This document shows, piece by piece, positions 1 to 9,917 of a stretch of 64,000 bases of DNA. Under the pieces are notes generated by a model, which saw nothing but the letters and a program-made list of their open reading frames with translations, ran no database searches and was not told the DNA's origin. Each line of letters opens with the position of its first letter. Position 1 is the stretch's first letter. A program made the translations under genes and the position numbers. The DNA comes from Anaerolineae bacterium (lineage in GTDB: Bacteria; Chloroflexota; Anaerolineae; Aggregatilineales; Aggregatilineaceae): contig DAOTUD010000185.1 in assembly GCA_034437275.1 (NCBI GenBank), positions 17,702-81,701 of the forward strand. The letters run 5' to 3'.

Positions 1-1
1 G

Positions 2-145
2 GCCGAATTCGTCACCGAAGATCTGCCGACGCTGCGTAATGTGCTCAAGAGCAAGCGCTGGCAGCAGCTCGAAGAAAAGCTCCAGGAGCACGTGACCAAT
101 TACCATTGGAAGATCATCCCTTTTCGGCAGGGTTTCCAGCTTTGA
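2..145 (+). CDS. 3' end of an unidentified CDS entering from the left edge (...LEEKLQEHVTNYHWKIIPFRQGFQL*)
   Basis: The frame is open from the window edge to TGA at 143-145. A GC hairpin follows 17 nt later. No recognisable motif. Confidence 0.3.
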   Translation, partial: AEFVTEDLPTLRNVLKSKRWQQLEEKLQEHVTNYHWKIIPFRQGFQL

Positions 146-161
146 GGCCGGACATGAAAAA

Positions 162-190
162 ACGCCCGGCATCGTCCGGGCGTTTGGATT
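162..190. terminator. Bidirectional rho-independent-like terminator between convergent genes
   Basis: Hairpin acgcccgg-catcgt-ccgggcgt (162-183), flanked by an A-run upstream and tttgg downstream. It lies between the stop at 145 (+) and the kbl stop at 207 (-). Confidence 0.5.
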
Positions 191-206
191 CGGGAGGTAA
201 CGCCGG

Positions 207-1391
207 TTAGCTGACCACGTTCAGATCGCGCCCGACGGTCGCGAAGATATCCAGCGCCTGGTCGAGATCGTCCCGGGTGTGGGTGGCGCTGTTCATCACG
301 CGGATGCGCGCCAGCCCGCGCGGCACCGTCGGGAAGCCAATCGCCATCGCAAACACCCCGGCCTCGTACAACCGCTTGCTGAATTCCTGGGCCAGCGGCG
401 CTTCGCCCAACATGACCGGCACAATCGGCGTTTCGGTGTGCCCGGTGTCGAAGCCCAGGTCGTTCATCTTCTGCTTGAAGTATTCCGCATTGCTCCACAG
501 CCGGTCGACCAGTTCGGTGCTTTCCTCCAGCACGTCGACCGCCGCGATACACGCGGCGACGTCTGGCACCGTCATCGCGCTGCTGAACAGGAAAGGCCGC
601 CCGCGCTGGCGCAGCCAGTCGACAATCGCCTGCTTGCCGGCCACCACGCCGCCCACCACGCCAAACGCCTTGCTCAGCGTGCCGACCTCAACATCGACCC
701 GGCCATGCAGGTCGAAATGATCCACGATGCCGCGCCCGCCCTTGCCGAGCACACCTTCGCCGTGCGCATCGTCAACCATCAGCAGGATATCGTGCTGCTC
801 GGCGATGTCCGCCAGGGCCGGCAGCGGGGCGACATCCCCATCCATGCTGAACACGCCGTCGGTGATGATCATGCGTCGCCCGTATTCGCTGGTGGCCGCG
901 ATCTGCTGGCACAGGTCGTCGGGGTTGCCGTGCCCAAAGCGCACGACCCTGGCGCGCGACAGACGGCAGCCGTCGATGATGCTGGCGTGGTTCAGTTCAT
1001 CCGAGAAGATCACGTCGCCGCGCCCGACCAGCGCCGGGATCGCGGCCAGGTTGGCTGTAAACCCACTCTGGAACGTGACGGCGGCCTCGGCTCCTTTGAA
1101 CTTCGCCAGCCGGTCCTCCAGTTCGAGATGCAGGTCCATCGTACCCGCAATGGTGCGCACCGCCGCCGGGCCGACCCCGTACTCGTCCATTTTCTGCTTG
1201 GCCGCCGCGACCAGTTGGGAATGGTTGGCCAGCCCGAGGTAGTTATTGGACGAAAAGTTCAGCACGCGCCGTCCGTCCACCTCCAGCCAGGCTCCCTGCG
1301 CGCTGCCCAGCGTGCGGATGGTGGTGAACAGGCCCTGTTCCTTCAAACCGGCGATTTCGTCATGAATCCAATCTATTTTGGTTTCGGACAT
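207..1391 (-). CDS. kbl: 2-amino-3-ketobutyrate CoA ligase (glycine C-acetyltransferase), PLP-dependent; BioF/Kbl family
   Basis: 394 aa, colinear with E. coli Kbl as I recall it. Motifs: NNYLGLANH, DELNHASIIDG, DGVFSMDG, PLP-lysine context GTLSKAFG, RPFLFS. Confidence 0.85.
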   Translation of the reverse strand: MSETKIDWIHDEIAGLKEQGLFTTIRTLGSAQGAWLEVDGRRVLNFSSNNYLGLANHSQLVAAAKQKMDEYGVGPAAVRTIAGTMDLHLELEDRLAKFKGAEAAVTFQSGFTANLAAIPALVGRGDVIFSDELNHASIIDGCRLSRARVVRFGHGNPDDLCQQIAATSEYGRRMIITDGVFSMDGDVAPLPALADIAEQHDILLMVDDAHGEGVLGKGGRGIVDHFDLHGRVDVEVGTLSKAFGVVGGVVAGKQAIVDWLRQRGRPFLFSSAMTVPDVAACIAAVDVLEESTELVDRLWSNAEYFKQKMNDLGFDTGHTETPIVPVMLGEAPLAQEFSKRLYEAGVFAMAIGFPTVPRGLARIRVMNSATHTRDDLDQALDIFATVGRDLNVVS

Positions 1392-1636
1392 GCAATGCTC
1401 CTCATAGATACCACTGGTAAAGTCTAGTTGTGCAGATATTTTAGCATACCTGCGACCCGCGCTCTGGTTACGAATATCATCTTTTGGGAATTCGCCCAGC
1501 CTTCAGAGTTGGTCTAGAGTCAGTCAGCAACCAAAAAACAGCCCACGACAGACAAGGAGCTAACCGCATGAGCGACAAACCACAGGCGTATGCCCCCAGC
1601 GTATATGGCGTGCTGGGCGACGGCGCTGCCCGGCGA

Positions 1637-2008
1637 TCAGGAACAGTAGCAAATTTCGCGGGTGGCGGCGAACGCGGCAGCGTTGGGGTGGTGGGGCACT
1701 TTCAAGGACGGGTCGAAGTAGATGTCGATCACCGAATCCAGCCCGACCAGTTCCAGCAGTTTTTGGACGCGATCAGACGGGTTGGCGATCTTGAGTTGGC
1801 CGCCGGTGTGCTGCATGCGCTTGTAGAGCAGCATCAGTTCGCGCAGCCCGGCGCTGTTGATGTACTCAACGCCGCCCAGGTCCAGGATGACGGTGGTGCA
1901 GCCGGAGGCCAGCGCGTTATCCAACGCCTGCGCCAACGCCAGCGAATTATTGCCCGCCATCCGGCCCAGCACTTCGACCAGTTGTGTTTGTGATGCATCG
2001 GAATACAT
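1637..2008 (-). CDS. STAS-domain protein (anti-sigma-factor antagonist, SpoIIAA-like)
   Basis: 123 aa. Typical STAS core: VILDLGGVEYINSAGLRELMLLYKRM...GGQLKIANPSDRVQKLLELVGLDSV. Confidence 0.75.
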   Translation of the reverse strand: MYSDASQTQLVEVLGRMAGNNSLALAQALDNALASGCTTVILDLGGVEYINSAGLRELMLLYKRMQHTGGQLKIANPSDRVQKLLELVGLDSVIDIYFDPSLKVPHHPNAAAFAATREICYCS

Positions 2009-2110
2009 AATCGTTTCTCCCTGCTTTCCTACACCAGTATACGCAGCAGAGAGCCAAAAGGTTACGGTTTTTTGCAGCTCCCCTAATAGTTGGGGGGAGA
2101 ATGAGCGAGG

Positions 2111-3100
2111 CTAGGAAGCAACTCCGGCGATCAACAGGTCCAGCGCGAGGTGATCGTGGACCTTGCCGGTCTTGATGCCAAAGTCCGTTTCCAGCAAGAA
2201 GTGGTAGATCATCTCGAGCTGGTCGAGGGTGAAGCGTTTGGCCTGCACGCTGAGCTTTTCGCCGACGAAGGGATGCACGCCAATCGCCTGCGCGATCTGC
2301 TGCGGTGATCCGCCGCTGTCCAGGTGTTCGCGGGCCAGGATCAACAGGCGGAACTGGCGCACGATCATGCCGAACAGGCGCAGCGGTTCGTCGTCGCGCA
2401 GCAGGCGATGCAGCAGGCGCAGCGCAGCAGTCCCGTCGCGCTGCCCGATGGCGTCCACCATCGCGAAGATGTCTGGCTCGGCGACGTAGGTCGTCAGCAG
2501 CGCGACATCCGCCGGGGCAATTGGGCGCTCCCCGGCGACATACGCCGTCAGCTTGACGAGTTCGTTATCCGCCGCGCGCAGGTCGTCGCTCACCACATCG
2601 GCCAGCGCCGCCGCTGCCTGTGCCTCGATCTCGGCATCGTATTCGTCGCGGGCCTGGTTGATGATCCAGCGCACGGTGTTACGCGGTGGTTCAAATTTCT
2701 TGTGGAATCCGCCGGGGGCTGTTTTGGCCAGCTTGAGGATCGCGTTTCGCTCGGAGAGGGTGGCGGTCTCGACGAACACCACCCGCGCGAAGTCCGGCAG
2801 TGCGGGCAGTTCGTCCGCCAGCGTGTCGAGTTGGGCTTTGCCGGTTTTGCCCGCGCCTTTGCGCGACAACCACGCCAACATGCCGTGCACAATCACCAGC
2901 CGCTTGTCGCTGAGGAAGGGCATGGCGCTGGCCGCCGCGATCACATCCGCCGCGCTGGCCTCTTTGCCGTCCAGCACCGTGATGTTAAGCTCCGCCGTCG
3001 CCGGGTCGCCCATCTGGTCGCGCATGGTCTGGAGCTGCGCCTGGCGGCTGAACTCGTCCGGGCCGTGCAGCACGTAAAATGTGGGGTGACGGTTTGCCAT
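2111..3100 (-). CDS. holA: DNA polymerase III subunit delta
   Basis: 329 aa. The N-terminus FYVLHGPDEF...ELNITVLDG and the overall length and architecture are typical of HolA. Confidence 0.75.
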   Translation of the reverse strand: MANRHPTFYVLHGPDEFSRQAQLQTMRDQMGDPATAELNITVLDGKEASAADVIAAASAMPFLSDKRLVIVHGMLAWLSRKGAGKTGKAQLDTLADELPALPDFARVVFVETATLSERNAILKLAKTAPGGFHKKFEPPRNTVRWIINQARDEYDAEIEAQAAAALADVVSDDLRAADNELVKLTAYVAGERPIAPADVALLTTYVAEPDIFAMVDAIGQRDGTAALRLLHRLLRDDEPLRLFGMIVRQFRLLILAREHLDSGGSPQQIAQAIGVHPFVGEKLSVQAKRFTLDQLEMIYHFLLETDFGIKTGKVHDHLALDLLIAGVAS

Positions 3101-3117
3101 TGGACTGTTCCCTGGCG

Positions 3118-3672
3118 CTAGCCGCCGTTGGTCCGGATAAAATGCACCGTCAGGCGCTGCCCGCCCAGCGGGATCGGAAACTCGGTGCGGCTGATGTTGA
3201 CGACTTCCATTTGACCGGGATCGCCCAGCGTCGTAAAGTGCTGCTGCAGCGCGAGGCCGAGCGGCTGCGACACGATCAGCGATAGGGTCGCCAGCAGCAC
3301 GACTGTCGGCAGGCGCGCGAGGCGTTCCGCAAACCCGCCTTTCATGCCGGTGGTGCCCATCAAGGTCGCTGTCCCGGTCATCACCCCGGCAGTGACCAGC
3401 CCGGTGCCGCAGTTGGGATGGATCGCCAGCCGGTGCTCGCCGCTGCGCATCCGGTGCAGCGCCTCGTGGACCGCCGTTTCAACGTCCTCGGTGGCGACGT
3501 TGCCGTACAGATAAAAGCCGCCCACCGTCGACCGGCCCGCCATGCTCAAGTTTTTCACGCGGCGGCTCAGCAGGTGGATCGTGGCGTGTTCCAGCCCATG
3601 ATTCCGCCGGATGCGGCGTATCACCGGCAGATTGAGGATCGGAGCCGTAAGAAGGGCCAGATATTGGATCAT
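3118..3672 (-). CDS. Conserved hypothetical protein with RRNHGLEHAT and HPNCGT motifs and a hydrophobic C-terminal half
   Basis: Internal ATG at 3672 (MIQYLALL...) chosen over the ORF-track start at 3708. The His/Cys motifs suggest metal binding. Function unknown. Confidence 0.5.
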   Translation of the reverse strand: MIQYLALLTAPILNLPVIRRIRRNHGLEHATIHLLSRRVKNLSMAGRSTVGGFYLYGNVATEDVETAVHEALHRMRSGEHRLAIHPNCGTGLVTAGVMTGTATLMGTTGMKGGFAERLARLPTVVLLATLSLIVSQPLGLALQQHFTTLGDPGQMEVVNISRTEFPIPLGGQRLTVHFIRTNGG

Positions 3673-3708
3673 AATTTTCTCGCTTCGTTTTGTTAGCAGC
3701 CAACACAA

Positions 3709-4653
3709 TCAAGGGAGTGCATCCGACAGGCCCACCACATCCGGCGGCAGCGCAACGACCACCAGCCGGTGCGAGTTGGCGTTGTAGGGCCAGCATGTTA
3801 CGAGCGTAACACGTTCATCATCTGTCGGCAATATCCAGCGGGCATTTTCCTGGCGCACACTGACCGGCTGGTATTCCTCGGCCAGCGTCATGATCTGCGC
3901 CACGACATAGTAGTGTCTTTCCCCCTGCGCGTCCAGCGTCACGACATCGCCCGGTTCCAGGCGGATCAAATGCCGGAATACCGCGCCGTACACGTTGTGA
4001 TGCCCGTTGAGGACGATGTTCCCCGGCTGGTTGAGCGGGCTGGAGTTGTGGTGCCACCCGGCGGCGTACTCGTTGGGGACATCCCACTGGCTGTACGTCT
4101 GCCCGCCGAGCGTGATGGCGTGCTGCCCGACCAGCACCACCGGCGCATCCAACTCGATGGCGTCGATCACGATGCGCTCCGGGATCAGCGGGCGGGGGGT
4201 GGCCGTGGGGGGCGGCGTGGGGCTGGGGGCGGGGGTAGGGGTGAGGCTGGCGGTCACGGTGACAGTGATCGTGGCGGTGTGTGTCAGCGTGGGGGCAGGC
4301 GTCGCGCGGCGGGTGGGGCGCGCGGTATTGGCTGGGGGCACAGTTGCGGCGGCGAAAGACGTCGCGCTGGGGGGCGGTGTGCGTGTGGGCGTGGCCGGGA
4401 CTGGCGACTCGCGCGGGCTGACCGGCAGCATCGCGAGCTGGTCGGCCCGCAGCGCGGGCGGCGCCAGCGGCGAGCCGAGCAAACCGGGGGTGGGCGTCGC
4501 CTCGGCAGTCCCCGCTGCGCCGGGTGGCAGCAGCACCGCTTCGTCCGGCTCCAGCAGTCGCCACCCCAGCAGCGCGATCCCGCCCCCCAGGCAGCTCAAC
4601 CCCACGAGGGCGATGAGCGTGCCCATCACCAACGCCCGGCGCGGGTGGGACAT
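3709..4653 (-). CDS. Sortase-family transpeptidase with N-terminal TM anchor and long Pro/Thr/Ala-rich linker
   Basis: Start chosen at MSHPRRALVMGTLIALVGL (ATG 4653-4651), which overlaps the upstream gene's TGA as ATGA. C-terminal catalytic domain has NIVLNGHH and the TLVTCWP (TLxTC) cysteine motif. Confidence 0.8.
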   Translation of the reverse strand: MSHPRRALVMGTLIALVGLSCLGGGIALLGWRLLEPDEAVLLPPGAAGTAEATPTPGLLGSPLAPPALRADQLAMLPVSPRESPVPATPTRTPPPSATSFAAATVPPANTARPTRRATPAPTLTHTATITVTVTASLTPTPAPSPTPPPTATPRPLIPERIVIDAIELDAPVVLVGQHAITLGGQTYSQWDVPNEYAAGWHHNSSPLNQPGNIVLNGHHNVYGAVFRHLIRLEPGDVVTLDAQGERHYYVVAQIMTLAEEYQPVSVRQENARWILPTDDERVTLVTCWPYNANSHRLVVVALPPDVVGLSDALP

Positions 4654-5357
4654 CAGGGCCGGGTGCCGTTGTTGAGGATGGCGGCCAGGACCGTGTCCGG
4701 ATCGGCCAGCGAGTCGAAGACATGATCCGGGCCGTGCGCCTGCAGTTCCGCCGTGCTGTATGGCCCGGTGGCGACGGCAATCGTCCGCGCCTGCACGCTG
4801 GCGGCACACGCGATATCGCCCGGCGTATCGCCGATGATCACGATCTGGTCGGGCCGGAAGTCCGCGCCGCTCAGGTCCCGGGCGCGCTCCAGCGCCAGCG
4901 GCGGCAGCATGGAACGCTCCCAGCCTTCCGAGCCAAACGCGCCGATTTTGAAGTCCTGCGGATCGTAACCGGCGGCGTGCAGCTTGATCGGCACCAGCGT
5001 GGCCATGTTGCCAGTCACCAGACCGAGCAGCACATCCGGGTTGGCCTTGAGCCGGGCGACGAGTTCCGGCGCGCCCAGGCACGGGCGCACGGGGAAATCG
5101 CCGATGATGGCGGACAGGTGACGCGCCACCGTCTGGATGTAGGTGTCCAGCCTGGCCTGCACTTCCTCCGCCGCGATCCCCGCCGGTTCCAGCGCATCGC
5201 GCACAATACCCCAGTCCGTCATTCCGGCGAAGGTGACGCGGTCCACGTCGCCCTGGGTGCCGAAGACATCCTGCAGCGCCAGCCGGGTCGCCGCGCGCCC
5301 GCAGCCACCAGAGTGGAGCAGTGTGCCGTCGATGTCAAACAAAACCAACTGTTTCAT
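4653..5357 (-). CDS. HAD-superfamily hydrolase (phosphoglycolate phosphatase-like)
   Basis: Start at MKQLVLFDIDGTLLHSGG (DxDGT motif), with an AAGGAAAG RBS upstream. Contains LVTGN and the IIGDTPGD motif IV. Confidence 0.75.
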   Translation of the reverse strand: MKQLVLFDIDGTLLHSGGCGRAATRLALQDVFGTQGDVDRVTFAGMTDWGIVRDALEPAGIAAEEVQARLDTYIQTVARHLSAIIGDFPVRPCLGAPELVARLKANPDVLLGLVTGNMATLVPIKLHAAGYDPQDFKIGAFGSEGWERSMLPPLALERARDLSGADFRPDQIVIIGDTPGDIACAASVQARTIAVATGPYSTAELQAHGPDHVFDSLADPDTVLAAILNNGTRP

Positions 5358-5696
5358 GATACTTTCCTTGCATGTTCCTTTGCCGCAACGTTTAGCGGGC
5401 ACGGTTTCACCGTCGATTATAGCGCGAATCGGGCACCGGCCCGCCACCGGATGTGACCATTCTCTAAGGCTCGAATAGCAAAAGTGACACTCCTCTACCA
5501 TATAGCGACATTCCACACTACTGATAACCCGTCAAACTGTCTACACTCAGGACGAAAATCGCAGTTTGTCCAAAAAGTGATCCGCTCAGATCCGCATGTT
5601 TTTGGTTAAACTCTCCAGTTTGCCCACAACTCTGCACGCAGGCGTTAACCTCCTACAATCCTGCGCGCGGGGTATGGGATGTATTAGGAGGAATTG

Positions 5697-8600
5697 ATGT
5701 CAAACGATTCTAAACGCAAAATGGTAACCATTGATGGCAATACCGCTGCAGCGCAGATCGGTCATACCCTCAATGAAGTTATCGCTATCTACCCCATTAC
5801 GCCCTCGTCCCCGATGGGCGAGCTGGCCGACGAAATGTCGGCAGCCCGGGAGACGAACCTGTGGGGAACCATTCCAGACGTTACCGAAATGCAGGCCGAA
5901 GGGGGCGCCGCCGGCGCCGTGCACGGGGCCTTGACGGCAGGTGCACTGACCACGACCTTTACTGCGTCGCAGGGCTTGCTGCTGATGATCCCCAATATGT
6001 ACAAGATCGCAGGCGAGTTGCTGCCAACCTGTTTCCATGTCGCGGCTCGTTCGCTCGCGGCACAGGCGCTCTCCATTTTTGGCGATCACTCCGATATCAC
6101 CGCCGCCCGCGCGACCGGGTTTGGCTTCCTGGCCTCCGGCAGCATTCAGGAAGTTCACGACATGGCGCTGATCGGCACGGCAGCCTCGCTCGAATCGCGG
6201 GTGCCGTTTGTCCACTTCTTCGATGGCTTCCGCTCGTCGCACGAGATTCAGAAGATCGAAAAGCTGAATCGTGAAGACCTGGGCGCGGTGATCGACGATG
6301 AGGCCGTGCTGGCCCATCGTGGACGCGGCATGTCGCCCGATCACCCGGTGCTGCGCGGTACCGCGCAGAACCCTGATGTGTTCTTCCAGGGGCGTGAGTC
6401 GGTGAACCCGTACTACGTCAAAACGCCGCAGGTCGTGCAGGACGTGATGGACCGCTTCGCGAAGGTCGTTGGCCGCCAGTACCACCTGTTTGATTACTTC
6501 GGCGCGGAGGACGCGGAATACGTCGTCGTGCTGATGGGGTCCGGGGCCGAGGCTGCACACGAAGCCGTCGATTACATGGTTGAGGAAATGGGCGAGAAGG
6601 TCGGCGTGGTCAAAGTCCGCCTGTTCCGCCCGTTCGACAACAAAGCGTTGATCAACGCCATCCCGGATAGTGTCAAGGGGATCGCCGTGCTGGACCGCAC
6701 GAAGGAACCCGGTGCCGGCGGCGAACCGCTGTACCTCGACATTGTCTTGGCCTTCAACGAAGCCGTGAGCGACGGCGATATCAAGTCCATGCCCAAGATT
6801 GTTGGTGGGCGCTATGGGCTTAGCTCCAAAGAATTCACGCCGGCGATGGTCAAGGGCGTGTTTGATAATCTCGCGAAGGACAAGCCCAAGAATCACTTCA
6901 CGGTCGGCATTTACGACGATGTGACCGACACCAGCCTGGAATGGGACCCGGACTTCTCCACCGAAGGCGAAGACGTGCACCGCATGATGTTCTGGGGCCT
7001 GGGGGCGGACGGCACGGTCGGCGCGAACAAGAACTCGATCAAGATTATCGGCAAGGCGACCGATAACTACTGCCAGGGCTTCTTTGTGTACGACTCCAAG
7101 AAATCGGGGGCGCGCACGATCTCGCACCTGCGCTTCAGCAAGAAGCCGATCCGCAGCACTTACCTGATCAACAAAGCCGACTTCGTGGCCTGCCACAACT
7201 TCAGCTTCCTGGAACGCTACGATATGCTCACCCCGCTGGAAAAGGGCGGCACCTTCCTGCTCAACAGCCCCTATGCGGCGGACGAGGTGTGGGACCACAT
7301 GCCGCGCGAAGTCCAGCAGCAGCTTGTGGACAAAGCGGCCAAATTCTACGTGATCGATGCGACCAGCATCGCCAAGCAGGTGGGCCTGGGTGGCCGCATC
7401 AACGTGATCATGCAGGCGGCGTTCTTCCAGATTTCCGGTGTGCTGCCCGAAGAGCAGGCGATGGAAATGATCGAAGCTGCCGTCGAGGACACCTATGGCC
7501 TCAAGGGCGCAAAAGTCGTCGATATGAACATCAAGGCGGCGGAAATCGCGGTCGACCGCATCGAAACCGTCGACTACCCGAAGAAGGTCACCAGCGACCT
7601 GACCATGCGCAAGCCGGTTCCCGACGATGCGCCAGACTTTGTCCGCGACGTGCTGGGCGAGATCATCGCCGGGCGCGGCGACCAACTGCCGGTGTCGGCA
7701 ATGCCTGCCGACGGGACCTTCCCGACCGGCACGACCCAATACGAAAAGCGCAATGTGGCCATTGAGATCCCCGTCTGGGACCCCGATGTGTGCATCCAGT
7801 GCAACCAGTGCGCCTTCGTGTGCCCCCACGCGACGATCCGCATGAAGGTTTACGACGCGGAATATGCCAACGGCAATGCCCCGGCGACCTTCAAGTCGAT
7901 GGACGCGCGTGGCCGTTCCTGGAAGGGCATGAAGTACACCGTCCAGGTCGCGCCCGAAGACTGCACCGGCTGCGGGGTATGCGTGGAAACGTGCCCGGCC
8001 CACGCCAAAGACGAGAATGGCAAGAAGACCGATCGCAAAGCGATCAACATGGAGCCGCTCACCGAAGAACTGCGGCGCAACGAGGCCGAAAACTGGGACT
8101 ACTTCCTGTCCTTGCCCGAAACCGATCCCGCGACCTTCAACCGTTTCACGGTCAAAGGGTCGCAGTTCCTGCCGCCGCTGTTTGAGTTCTCCGGCGCGTG
8201 TGCAGGCTGTGGCGAAACGCCGGTGGTCAAGCTGATGACGCAGTTGTACGGCGACCGTGCGATCATCGCCAACGCGACTGGCTGCTCCTCGATTTTCGGC
8301 GGTAACCTGCCGACCACGCCCTACGCCAAGCGCGAAGATGGACGCGGGCCGACCTGGTCGAACTCGCTGTTCGAGGACGCGGCAGAGTTCGGCATGGGGA
8401 TGCGGCTGACGGTCGATAAACTGACCAAGTACGCCTACGAAATGCTCGACAAGCTGAACAAGACGGCAGACAATCACACCGAACTGCTCACCGCGATCCG
8501 CGACGCTGAGATGGACGAGCAAGAACAGATCGAAGAACAGCGCGCGCGCGTCGAAGAGCTGAAGTCCTTGCTCAAGCAGGACGACAGCGATCTGGCGCAG

Positions 8601-9281
8601 CAACTGCTGAGCGTGGCCGACTACCTGGCGCGCAAATCAGTGTGGATCGTCGGTGGCGATGGCTGGGGCTACGACATCGGCTACGGGGGGTTGGACCACG
8701 TGCTGGCGTCCGGGCGCAATGTGAACGTGCTGCTGCTGGACACCGGCGTCTACTCGAACACGGGGGGCCAGATGTCCAAAGCGACGCCGCGCGGTGCCGT
8801 TGCCAAGTTTGCAGCAGCCGGCAAGAGCCTGCCCAAGAAGGACCTGGGCATGATCGCCATGACGTACGGCAACATCTACGTGGCGCAGATCGCGCACGGG
8901 GCAAACATGAACCAGGCGATCAAAGCCTTCCGCGAAGCCGAAGCCTACGACGGTCCGTCGCTGATCATTGCTTACACGCAGTGCATCGCGCACGGGTACG
9001 ACCTGCTGTACGGTAACCAGGTCCAGCAAGATGCGGTGGACTCCGGCTTCTGGCCGCTGTACCGCTTCAACCCGGACAACGCCCGCGTGGGCAAGCAGCC
9101 GCTGACGCTCGACTCCAAAGCGCCGACCGAGGATATCGAAACGTTCATGTACAAGCAGAACCGCTTCCGTATCCTGCGGAATTCGGACCCGGATCGTGCC
9201 GAAAAGCTGGCGGATGCCCTGCGCGACGATGTCCAGACACGCTGGAAGATGTACGAACAGTGGGCCCAGTTCGATCTCTAA
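5697..9281 (+). CDS. nifJ: Pyruvate:ferredoxin (flavodoxin) oxidoreductase, single-polypeptide type
   Basis: About 1194 aa. Two ferredoxin-type 4Fe-4S motifs (CIQCNQCAFVCP and CTGCGVCVETCP) and a TPP-binding region (GGDGWGYDIGYGGLDHV). AGGAGG RBS 7 nt before the ATG at 5697. Confidence 0.9.
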   Translation: MSNDSKRKMVTIDGNTAAAQIGHTLNEVIAIYPITPSSPMGELADEMSAARETNLWGTIPDVTEMQAEGGAAGAVHGALTAGALTTTFTASQGLLLMIPNMYKIAGELLPTCFHVAARSLAAQALSIFGDHSDITAARATGFGFLASGSIQEVHDMALIGTAASLESRVPFVHFFDGFRSSHEIQKIEKLNREDLGAVIDDEAVLAHRGRGMSPDHPVLRGTAQNPDVFFQGRESVNPYYVKTPQVVQDVMDRFAKVVGRQYHLFDYFGAEDAEYVVVLMGSGAEAAHEAVDYMVEEMGEKVGVVKVRLFRPFDNKALINAIPDSVKGIAVLDRTKEPGAGGEPLYLDIVLAFNEAVSDGDIKSMPKIVGGRYGLSSKEFTPAMVKGVFDNLAKDKPKNHFTVGIYDDVTDTSLEWDPDFSTEGEDVHRMMFWGLGADGTVGANKNSIKIIGKATDNYCQGFFVYDSKKSGARTISHLRFSKKPIRSTYLINKADFVACHNFSFLERYDMLTPLEKGGTFLLNSPYAADEVWDHMPREVQQQLVDKAAKFYVIDATSIAKQVGLGGRINVIMQAAFFQISGVLPEEQAMEMIEAAVEDTYGLKGAKVVDMNIKAAEIAVDRIETVDYPKKVTSDLTMRKPVPDDAPDFVRDVLGEIIAGRGDQLPVSAMPADGTFPTGTTQYEKRNVAIEIPVWDPDVCIQCNQCAFVCPHATIRMKVYDAEYANGNAPATFKSMDARGRSWKGMKYTVQVAPEDCTGCGVCVETCPAHAKDENGKKTDRKAINMEPLTEELRRNEAENWDYFLSLPETDPATFNRFTVKGSQFLPPLFEFSGACAGCGETPVVKLMTQLYGDRAIIANATGCSSIFGGNLPTTPYAKREDGRGPTWSNSLFEDAAEFGMGMRLTVDKLTKYAYEMLDKLNKTADNHTELLTAIRDAEMDEQEQIEEQRARVEELKSLLKQDDSDLAQQLLSVADYLARKSVWIVGGDGWGYDIGYGGLDHVLASGRNVNVLLLDTGVYSNTGGQMSKATPRGAVAKFAAAGKSLPKKDLGMIAMTYGNIYVAQIAHGANMNQAIKAFREAEAYDGPSLIIAYTQCIAHGYDLLYGNQVQQDAVDSGFWPLYRFNPDNARVGKQPLTLDSKAPTEDIETFMYKQNRFRILRNSDPDRAEKLADALRDDVQTRWKMYEQWAQFDL

Positions 9282-9307
9282 ACCGGCCCCACGTCTAGAA
9301 ATATCAC

Positions 9308-9340
9308 AACGCCCCGGAGCAATCTGGGGCGTTGTTTTTA
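9308..9340. terminator. Rho-independent terminator after nifJ (possibly bidirectional)
   Basis: Hairpin aacgcccc-ggagcaatct-ggggcgtt followed by gttttta. Confidence 0.6.
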
Positions 9341-9402
9341 GTTAGGGATTATGCCAAAACGTGCTGGGTCTACATGCCAGCCTGCATAGGACCGTGGCAG
9401 CG

Positions 9403-9765
9403 TCAGGGCCGGTAGTCGTTGAGCACTTCCACCAGCTCCGGCACGCTCACCGGCTTGACCAGGTAGAGATCGCCGCCGACTTCGCGGCAGCGCGCGATAT
9501 AGTCCGGCAGATCGTAGGCAGTGATCATGATCACCGGCGCGTTCACGCCATTGCGGCGCAGAATATCGGTCATATCCAGCCCGTTCAGATCGCCGGGCAA
9601 GTGAATATCGACCAGGAACAAATCTGCATCCCAGACATATTCGCTGTCTAAGGCACTTTCGGCATCACTGAATGTCAACAGCGAATCGCCAGTCGAGTGG
9701 GTGACTCGCTCCAACAGCAGAATATTCGTCGGATCGTCCTCAATATAGATGATGTTCATTAACAC
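9403..9765 (-). CDS. Single-domain response regulator (CheY-like receiver)
   Basis: 120 aa. Has the acidic pair (YIEDDP), the phospho-acceptor context (LFLVDIHLPG), ITAY and the LVKP lysine. Confidence 0.8.
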   Translation of the reverse strand: MLMNIIYIEDDPTNILLLERVTHSTGDSLLTFSDAESALDSEYVWDADLFLVDIHLPGDLNGLDMTDILRRNGVNAPVIMITAYDLPDYIARCREVGGDLYLVKPVSVPELVEVLNDYRP

Positions 9766-9850
9766 CCTACTTCAACCGCATTATCCAGGAGATGGCATCC
9801 ATTATACGCTAAAAGTCGGCTGGTTTCCAAGATAATCGAGTTGCAGCCAG

Positions 9851-9892
9851 AAAAAAGACCTTCTGAGTGCTCGTGTCACGCTCAGAAGGTCT
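9851..9892 (-). terminator. Rho-independent terminator of the ABC operon
   Basis: On the minus strand: 12-bp stem agaccttctgag/ctcagaaggtct followed by UUUUUU, 26 nt after the permease stop. Confidence 0.75.
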
Positions 9893-9917
9893 TGCTTGGT
9901 ATTCACTACACGGTGCT

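Noticed and set aside
1484-1993. Plus-strand ORF with an internal ATG at 1568 that has a good AAGGAG RBS
   Set aside because: Most of it is antisense to the clear STAS-domain gene, and the product has no recognisable features. The RBS-like sequence is probably fortuitous, although the first 70 nt or so are not overlapped.
4190-4560. Repetitive GC-rich DNA, considered as a tandem repeat or CRISPR-like array; also at 26400-26850 and 33650-33860
   Set aside because: These stretches translate in frame as Pro/Thr/Ala/Ser-rich linkers of the sortase, the LysM protein and the SH3b-like membrane protein. There are no regular repeat-spacer units.
5700-8603. 967-aa ORF on the minus strand
   Set aside because: It is entirely antisense to the well-supported nifJ/PFOR gene. 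Its product is Arg/Gly/Ala/His-rich and low in complexity with no motifs. This is a typical long shadow ORF in high-GC DNA.
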